Below are positions 38,401-46,122 of a DNA stretch of 46,122 bases, one piece after another (the first letter of the stretch is position 1; each line of letters opens with the position of its first letter). A model generated the notes under the pieces. The model searched no databases and was not told the origin of the DNA. It saw only the letters and a list, made by a program, of their open reading frames with translations. Made by a program: the position numbers and the translations under genes. Source of the DNA: Moniliella sp. 'wahieum' (Eukaryota). The stretch lies in contig RSEE01000005.1 in assembly GCA_003971905.1 (NCBI GenBank), positions 1,240,001 to 1,286,122 of the forward strand. Direction: 5' to 3'.

Positions 38401-39652
38401 GAGGACAGGCTGGATGCGTTGAGATGGGAAAAGAGATGTCCATCGTTGGCCCCGAACCAGAGGACGACGACCGGGCGACCGGGGCGGGGTCGGGATTGGT
38501 AAGCGTCAACCGGGTGCTAAAGGTTCGACAAATGCATATGGGCGAATAGCAGGGCCGCTCCGAGTAGTTCGACGTGGGACAGGACGGAGCATAGCACGAA
38601 GCCAGTTGAGGGAACACGGAGCGAGGCACGTACTCGGGCTCGCCGCGCTCGCTGTCTAACAAAGAGGAAAATTGACCCAGGTCTGCCAACTTCCATTGAT
38701 CCTCGGGCGGGCTGTGCGGCGGCACCATCCACGGCAGCGGAGCGCGCAGAAAGCCTGCGGCATACAGATGATCCAGGATCTGACGCCCATCGCTCGCACA
38801 TGGATACACTAGGAACTGCGCCTGAAGTCGGTCCGCCAGCAGCGCCGCCCACATGCGTACCACTTGCTCCACCACCGCCGGGTCGTGGGCGTCAACGGGA
38901 GCCTGGGCCAAGGGCAAAGCAAGTCCCACAAACGCCGACACGTCCAGAAGCGCGCGCGCGGGCGCACATGCCAGCACATCTTGCATGCTCGGGAATGGCA
39001 GTGGCAATGCAATAGGCCAGTTCGACCGGGTGAAGATGGTGGACGAGTCGAGCTTGCACGCAACAACGACAAGCCATTCGGCAATGGTTGATAGGCGGGC
39101 CGGCGCAACCGGAACGCTCACTTGATCACTCGCGGGGAGTGGGGCGGGGGGGCACGAGGCGGGGCGGGCGGGAGGCGGATGCAGTGAGTGGATGGGATGC
39201 TGACAGGCGGGGAGATAGGGGGGCACTCCCGATGGCTGGGGGACGGGAGGGAAGGTAACGGAGGGGGACAGCGCCTGAGACGGGAGCGCAGGCACAAGGG
39301 GGCGCAATGGGGGTGGGGGCAAGATGAAGCGGATCTGCTCGGTGGCGGACAGCGGTCGCAGGCCGGGGGGGGCGGGGGCACCGGGAGGGGGCGTGGGACG
39401 GGGGAGAGGGGGGAGGGGCGGAGGGGAGGGAGGCAGTGGAGGAGGAGGGGGCTCAGCCGGGCAGGAGGGCGCGGTGGGCCAAGCGGAGGGTGGGGCAGGG
39501 GCGGTGCATGGTGGAGGCGGGCAGCCATCGGAGCGTGGCGGGGCGATGGCGGGTGGGGGTGGGGGCGATGCGGGTGCGCTCGGCTGCGATGTTGGGTTAA
39601 GTCCTCGGACGGAGGATGGAGTGAGCAGCAGCAGTACTCTGTCTGTGCTCAT
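35492..39652 (-). CDS. Rho guanine nucleotide exchange factor, DH-PH-CNH type (Rom2/Tus1-like)
   Basis: 'EINRQNQMYELIQT..AEFVGDL', 'VGDLVL' and 'LSVDSYLHRPLVLLARMELLI' (DH). 'GVVYEGIVYRK...LMLVVTDKSFFLL' (PH). 'LLLLIDSQLAVYPLD', 'EWLMCYERVGLYV' and 'LEVRHATSGELVQVV' (CNH). Pro-rich N-terminus. Confidence 0.85.
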
Positions 39653-40425
39653 GGCCAGGCCGGACATTGAGAGTACCCAGGTACTCGCGTGCTGCAGGGG
39701 CTGCCCGTGCGCCGCCGCGCCCACACTGCCCGCGTGCAGCTGCGCGCATCACACAGCAGAGCGTGGGGGCCGTGCTATCGCCACACTGGCGCCCAGCCTC
39801 TGCTCCACGCTGCCCCGGCCAACTTGAGGCCTCGCGAGCGTCCGGAGGCGTCCGGAGGCGTCCGGCCGCGCGCCTCCCAGCACGCCAGTGTCCACACGCC
39901 CGTGTCGGCCAGTGAAGCTAGTGGAGAAGGCCAGTGCCTGCCAGTGCCTCGCGCCGCACGACCGTGATGTCATCTTCGCCACCGTATCACCCATGCTGAT
40001 GCCAGGCGCCGCAGCCAGGCCCTGCTAACGCGAACGCACCCCCCTCATCCGGCTAAAGTGCTGCTGATACCATTTGCCACACACCCTATATATGGGTCCT
40101 TTCGTCTTCCGGCTGGTCGGATGGCCAACAACACCGCCGTCACCTCGGTTGCCCTTGCGGCAGCCGCCCCTCCGTGCTCCTCTGTCCCCCGTTCCTCCTC
40201 TATACTGCGTTGTTTCTCTTTCGTCCTTGGTGTCTTCCCCTCCTGTCCTCGCCAATTACTCCCATACAGACAGCCTCGTCTCCCCTTATTGACCGCGCCG
40301 CCTCCCTACCCTCTCTCGTCTCTCAGCTCGTCAGTCAAGTCCTAGTGAAGTCGCATCGTTCATCCTAATCCAACCACGTCGAACCAAAGTCCTATAGTCC
40401 AGTCCCACTCTGGCAGAGGCTTTGG

Positions 40426-41899
40426 ATGTCCCTCCCCGCTGCTACTTGCTACTTTCCGTCCCCGAGCCCAGAAGACTTCAAACGCGTGACTACTGCAAAC
40501 ACCGGTGCGTACCCTAAGATGCCTTGCCACACCTACCAGCAGCCACCCCCTTCAGTACACCGAGAGTCCATTCCTTTTGTCCCTGGCTCCGCGTATAGGA
40601 TCCACTCTCTAGCTCAAGCAAGTAAATATCGTGAGTTAACCTTTGGACCTCCATGAATGTATGTACCCCTTACCCCCCCCCCCCCCCGCCTCCTTTTTCC
40701 TTCGCTTCCCTTGCCGAGCCGACTTGCTGGAAATTAATGGCCCCGACTAACACCAAGGGGTAGGGCGTTCCGCCTTATCACTGATCACGATCACAGAGGC
40801 GAACATCTACCAAGAACTGAGTGCAAGGAGTGTCGGTCGTGTAGAGAAACGGTGGCAGGCAACGCAGTTCGTGACCCTAATGCCGGCGTTAAAGATACAG
40901 AACAGATACAGAGCGCCTGTCTAAGGCAACTGCCGTGATATATGACCGTCATGCATCATCACGACATGTACGCGTCACACAACATTGTTGCCCGAACGTG
41001 TCCTACCGTGCCCCCCTCCTCCCCCCCCACCACCGCCATCCCACGACCGCGCAGGCCTCCTCCACCTCATCGTTTTTTGCTGGCGCTTTCGGCCGTCTTG
41101 GCAGCACTGTTGAATTCGGAGAAGGGCAAGTCCTGCCTCTACTTCAGGTCTCCTCCTCGGGCCGCCTGTCCCGCCTTGGGCTCCCTGCGTGCAGCCAGCC
41201 CCCTTCCCCCGATAGCAGCGGTCTCTCGCCCTTCTCCTTGGCGCCGGCTGACTCGGCCTCGCTTGGCTCGCCATCGACGCCCCCGCTTGCGGTGGCCGTC
41301 CTTCTGCTCATCATTTCAACCCAGATTGTCCTGCGTCCCCGAGTTGGCCCGCGTCCGCATCACCATTCGGCCGTCAGAGTCTGGTACGTGCCCTTCCATT
41401 CCCGCCTGACGGCCATGCACCAGCTTTGACCCTCTGCCTGCCTTCCGCAAGCTGCTATACCTGCTCGGCTTGCTCGACATCCACCTCGACCTCCTGTGAC
41501 GCCCGCAGACCGCTCGCGTCTGCCTGCTCCTCAAGGGCCAGTTGCTGCCTCGACTTCGTGACCCATTCATTCTCGTCCGCGCTGCCCTCGACGCGATCAC
41601 AACCTGGAGAAATGTCCTCGTCTTCAATTGCTGTTCTGCCGCGATTGTCAGTATTTTGTCTCCGAAAAAGTCCAACGCAGCTGTCGCCCAGGGAGATGCG
41701 ACGCCTTCCCTGCCCGTTCCTCGCCTTGATCCACCCACCACTACCGAGCAGCAGCGGCGGCACAAATGTCCACGGCCCTCCTCCCCCAGAGCCGAACGAG
41801 TCACACGGAGACGCTAAAGGGCGGCAGCAATCAGACGATTCGCTGACCCCGCCTCTGTCTCCAAGGTCATCCTCCGAGGCGTCCCAGGGTCCAACATAG
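40426..41899 (+). CDS. Hypothetical Ser/Pro-rich protein
   Basis: An ATG ORF at 40426 is interrupted by a canonical intron (GTGAGT at 40631, CTAAC branch, AG ~40763), followed by same-strand Ser/Pro-rich ORFs to 41899. No domain recognised. Confidence 0.4.
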
Positions 41900-44774
41900 A
41901 GTCGGATTTCGTAAAACGAGGATGCCCCCGAGGCTTCAAGCTGCATCCCGGCCTGGGTGCCATGTCGTGCGATGCCATGCATGTGGACCATGGGTTCCAG
42001 TTGATCTGTACTAAATTTGAATGCACACCAGCAAGAGATAGGGATAAAGCAAGGTTAGTAGAAAGAATGCCCTGAAGGCAAACGGGACGCAGGATGGGTG
42101 AGGGTTGGGTCATTTGGCGGATGGTATGGGCCCCAGACTCCAAGCTGTGCCCCACGTGGCGGCGGCTGTCGACCGGCTCAACCTGATTTGAGAACATGCG
42201 AGTAATGGAGGGTCCAAGAGGGGGATGAAGAGAATGAGAGTGCACGCAGGGTTTCCTCTTGGCTCGACTTGGAAGATAGGCGATGCGGGGCAGGGCGAGT
42301 GAGCCAACACTTCTCTTCGATGTGGAGATACGCATCCCCCCTTCCGTACGCCCTCGTCGAAGCCACGTCGCAGCAGCGATCCAGAGGGGCTTCGATTTGA
42401 CTGTTGGTGTGTGGCCGCCGCGTTGGGAACGGTGTGGTTGGGCTTCGAATTGAGTTGGATCGGGACTGCAGTTTAGCTGCTTCAACGGCCCGGTTGCAGC
42501 CTAGCGGCGGTCTGGGTCTGGCGTAGCGTGGGTGCGTTTGCCCTGAGACGCGCGCTCCCACCCGTGGCGTGCCTGCGTATCACGGCGGTCCGAGCGGATG
42601 CGGCTGCACCCCAAGCCCCATGCAACGCGCAAGACAGTTAGAGGCGACAGAGCGGGAGGAGGGGCGAGGGATGGCAGGGCAGGGAGCTGAGGGGGTCTGA
42701 GTCTGAGCGATCATCGACTGCCAGCGGCCAGCCAGCCGCAGTGTTGTTTCAATATTGCAGTGATTGGCATGATCAATGATTGGCATGATCGACTGATCGA
42801 TGATCGCCTGCGCAGCGGCGCGGGCAAGACCGGCGCAACACTCAACTCGCAGCCCGTCTCTGCCACCGCCAGCAGCTCCTCCTCTCGCCCGGTGTCCCCC
42901 ATCCCGCCTTGGTAGACACTCGATGGACATCCGACTAAACACCATCAACTCTCCCCCTGGGCCCTTGGCGTGGGTCAGACGAGAAGTAACCTTGTGGCGT
43001 GTGATTCTCATGCATTACGCGCCGACCGACGGGTGCTTGGGAGGAGGGACGTACAAAGAAGCGTGCAGGCTATCATTAGTGCCATCACTCGAGGCGCAAT
43101 CCAGAACTCAAGCACCAAGTGGATACGCCCTACAAGCGGTCATCATAGGTCAGCAGACAACGAGCATACGCTGCACCCCGTCCAGCCCACGTCTTGGCGG
43201 GCATTCGGTTCAGCTGGCTATCCGGGCCGGCTACCGTCCTACCCCGCGATGGCGTCATTGTTGGCACCCGCGTTGCTAGGTAAGGCAAAGATCATGTCCA
43301 TCCCATGAATGCTCCCCAGTCCGTCCGACATGTGACAGGACTTCGCTCTGAGCGTACAGGAATACTGGCACGACGAGCTCACGGGGTTCGGAAGCGCAGT
43401 TGAGATGAAATTGGACCACTCGTGTCGGGCACGAGAGTTACCACCCAGTCGGTTTGTGGCAAATGCTAACCCTTGGGGGTGGGGAGGGGGCAAGCACAAC
43501 CAGTCTTGGCTAGACAACTGAAGACTAATGCGGTGGGCTGTCGAGCGCATCGACAGGGAGTGAGGTCAGGTTGGGGCGCGTCGTCCTTGGCCAAAGGGCG
43601 TAGCAGTTCTCACAGGCTATGCTGCTTTTGGTTGGGGCGCTGCTGGTTTTAAGAGCATGAATTACACATCCTGCTGACCATCGAAGGGAGTGGGTAATTC
43701 CTATTGCCGCCCACACTGACTCTACACGCATAACCCAGTTGCCGGTACCCCATGTGTGGGCGGCGTTGACGTCTTTGCATTCCGACTCGCATATCTCGCT
43801 TTGAATAGAAGCGGTCGAATTGAGAAAGGCACGTTTTACGCTTGCACACGTGTCAGAGGTTTGCCGTGGCGGTGACATGAGGGGGACGGGTGAGAGAGGT
43901 GCGTGCCTTGCTGGGTATGCTGTTAGAAACGATCGCCTGGGGCGGCAGGGGATGAAGCACTGAGAGGCGCGTCGAACGTTGTGCTCGAATGTTGTCCTCG
44001 AACCGTGTGCTCGAATGTTTGTGCCGCGCTGTTCCAGCGAAAGACAGTCAATCCACTTTCGAGGGGCGCGGCTTCTTCGAGGGGTCGGGGTGAAAGTAGG
44101 CGAACGGCGAGCAGGCAGCAATGATGAAGCAACGAACATCGAACATTCCGTTCGCCGGCGTTTGAAGATAAGAGCCAAATGTGCATGCCCCTGAAGAGCA
44201 TCCAGACTAGCACGTAGCCTCTGGCCACGTTGAAAAACATGTACGGAGAATGATGGGCCTTCGGAAGTGACAAAGGAAACAAAGAGGACCAGGCGCTGTG
44301 CTAGCAAGGCGCAGGGGTACACATTATCCATCCGTTTGTCTATCAATCAACTGGGGAAATGCACAGTACAGGGGATAACCTGCATGGTCAAGTGGGGATG
44401 GTGTTGCCGAATGACCATGCCACGTTCCTCTTCCCCACAAGTTTTGAAGTAAAGCAAGTTGCAGCCCGGTCCCTTGTCTTCCCACGCCATTAGAGTGGAA
44501 GCTATTCGGTCTAGCTAGCGGGGTGCACATTGTGACATGTGAAGGTCAATGATGAGCAAAAAGCAAATGTAGGGACATACTGCAAGCACTGCGTGCATGC
44601 AGCCTACAAGTTGGCGTTCGGCATGCCTAGACGTATGTTCAAAGATTCAATAGTCCCGAGGCGCATAACAATCGAGGCGGAGGTCATCGCATACGGGCTA
44701 GCCCGTATGCGATACCTCAATAGTCCTGAGGCCTATGACCTCTGACGTAGTCATCACCCGTCGAGGCCATCGGA

Positions 44775-44820
44775 GGGTGGGTGGGTGGGTCGGGGTGGGT
44801 AGGGTTAGGGATGGGGGGGT
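44775..44820 (+). repeat. Degenerate telomere-like G-tract (GGGT/GGGTA/GGGTTA)
   Basis: GGGTGGGTGGGTGGGTCGGGGTGGGTAGGGTTAGGGATGGGGGGGT. Confidence 0.8.
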
Positions 44821-44887
44821 GTAACTTTTGAACGGTGTGTCCAATCGAAAAACGGAGGGCATATGCTGCAACGAGCGGACGATTTCC

Positions 44888-45996
44888 TAGCGAGCTATCG
44901 CCTCGGCATAACTCTCTCCCCCTTCGGGTAGCGAGCTATCGCCTCGGCATAACTCTCTCCCCTTCGGGTAGCGAGCTATCGCCTCGGCATAACTCTCTCC
45001 CCTTCGGGTAGCGAGCTATCGCCTCGGCATAACTCTCTCCCCTTCGGGTAGCGAGCTATCGCCTCGGCATAACTCCTCTCCCCTTCGGGTAGCGAGCTAT
45101 CGCCTCGGCATAACTCTCTCCCCTTCGGGTAGCGAGCTATCGCCTCGGCATAACTCTCTCCCCTTCGGGTAGCGAGCTATCGCCTCGGCATAACTCTCTC
45201 CCCTTCGGGTAGCGAGCTATCGCCTCGGCATAACTCTCTCCCCTCTCGGGTAGCGAGCTATCGCCTCGGCATAACTCTCTCCCCTTCGGGTAGCGAGCTA
45301 TCGCCTCGGCATAACTCTCTCCCCTTCGGTAGCGAGCTATCGCCTCGGCATAACTCTCTCCCCTTCGGTAGCGAGCTATCGCCTCGGCATAACTCTCTCC
45401 CCTCTCTTCGGGTAGCGAGCTATCGCCTCGGCATAACTCTCTCCCCTTCGGGTAGCGAGCTATCGCCTCGGCATAACTCTCTCCCCTTCGGTAGCGAGCT
45501 ATCGCCTCGGCATAACTCTCTCCCCTTCGGGTAGCGAGCTATCGCCTCGGCATAACTCTCTCCCCTTCGGGTAGCGAGCTATCGCCTCGGCATAACTCTC
45601 TCCCCTTCGGGTAGCGAGCTATCGCCTCGGCATAACTCTCTCCCCTTCGGGTAGCGAGCTATCGCCTCGGCATAACTCTCTCCCCTTCGGTAGCGAGCTA
45701 TCGCCTCGGCATAACTCTCTCCCCTTCGGGTAGCGAGCTATCGCCTCGGCATAACTCTCTCCCCTTCGGGTAGCGAGCTATCGCCTCGGCATAACTCTCT
45801 CCCCTTCGGTAGCGAGCTATCGCCTCGGCATAACTCTCTCCCCTTCGGTAGCGAGCTATCGCCTCGGCATAACTCTCTCCCCTTCGGTAGCGAGCTATCG
45901 CCTCGGCATAACTCTCTCTCCCTTCGGGTAGCGAGCTATCGCCTCGGCATAACTCTCTCCCCTTCCCCTTCTGGTAGCGAGCTATCTACCCTCGGC
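44888..45996 (+). repeat. Tandem array of ~27 copies of a 40-bp unit TAGCGAGCTATCGCCTCGGCATAACTCTCTCCCCTTCGGG
   Basis: Head-to-tail near-identical copies with no spacers. Variation is limited to small indels in the CT/C/G runs. The last copy is degenerate. Confidence 0.98.
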
Positions 45997-46000
45997 CCTC

Positions 46001-46122
46001 CCCTAGGGTTAGGGCGGGTTGGGTTGGGTAGGGTTGGGTAGGGTTAGGGATGGGTGGGTGTAACTTGTCAAGGGTGCGTCCAATCAGAAACGGAGGGCAT
46101 ATGCTCATAGAGCGGACGATTT
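46001..46122 (+). repeat. Second copy of the telomere-like G-tract plus conserved element that precedes the 40-bp array
   Basis: AGGGTTAGGGATGGGTGGGTGTAACTT...GTCCAATC.GAAACGGAGGGCATATGCT...GAGCGGACGATTT aligns with 44801-44885. The period is about 1237 bp. Confidence 0.92.

Noticed and set aside
44880..44915. Helitron 3' end (hairpin followed by CTAG on the minus strand)
   Set aside because: CTAG lies only ~1 nt after the hairpin rather than ~10 nt, is present only at the first unit, and no Rep/helicase remnant was seen.
44888..45996. CRISPR array
   Set aside because: The units are directly adjacent with no unique spacers, there are no cas genes, and the context is eukaryotic.
42000..46122. 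5S or other rRNA gene near the terminal repeat
   Set aside because: I found no sequence resembling conserved 5S, 18S or 28S segments by eye. The IGS idea remains only an alternative hypothesis.

Overview
GC-rich eukaryotic DNA, most consistent with a basidiomycete fungus. The evidence is GT..AG introns with CTAAC branch points, intron-containing tRNAs and fungal gene families. About 14 protein-coding genes can be read, but nearly all are broken by single-base indels, most likely from an unpolished long-read assembly, so CDS bounds are approximate gene spans. Recognisable genes: POP1 3' end, an MDR/GroES-like oxidoreductase with a very long disordered N-terminus, MET22/HAL2, CCDC97-like, a Gly-rich RRM protein, a membrane-anchored copper radical (glyoxal) oxidase, a PA-TM-RING E3 ligase, a membrane-anchored GH5 glucanase, an Rpn4-like C2H2 factor, a GT4 glycosyltransferase, SCS2/VAP and a DH-PH-CNH RhoGEF. 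There are also two orphan genes and two tRNAs, Leu(TAG) and Val(CAC). The most unusual material is non-coding: (i) at the right end, a ~1.24-kb higher-order repeat made of a telomere-like G-tract, a conserved ~65-bp element and ~27 copies of a hairpin-forming 40-bp unit; (ii) a 350-bp tandem duplication in a gene-free island at 16.4-19.3 kb; (iii) recurrent 7-bp stutters built from many different 6-bp palindromes in intergenic DNA. No CRISPR array or intact transposon was found.
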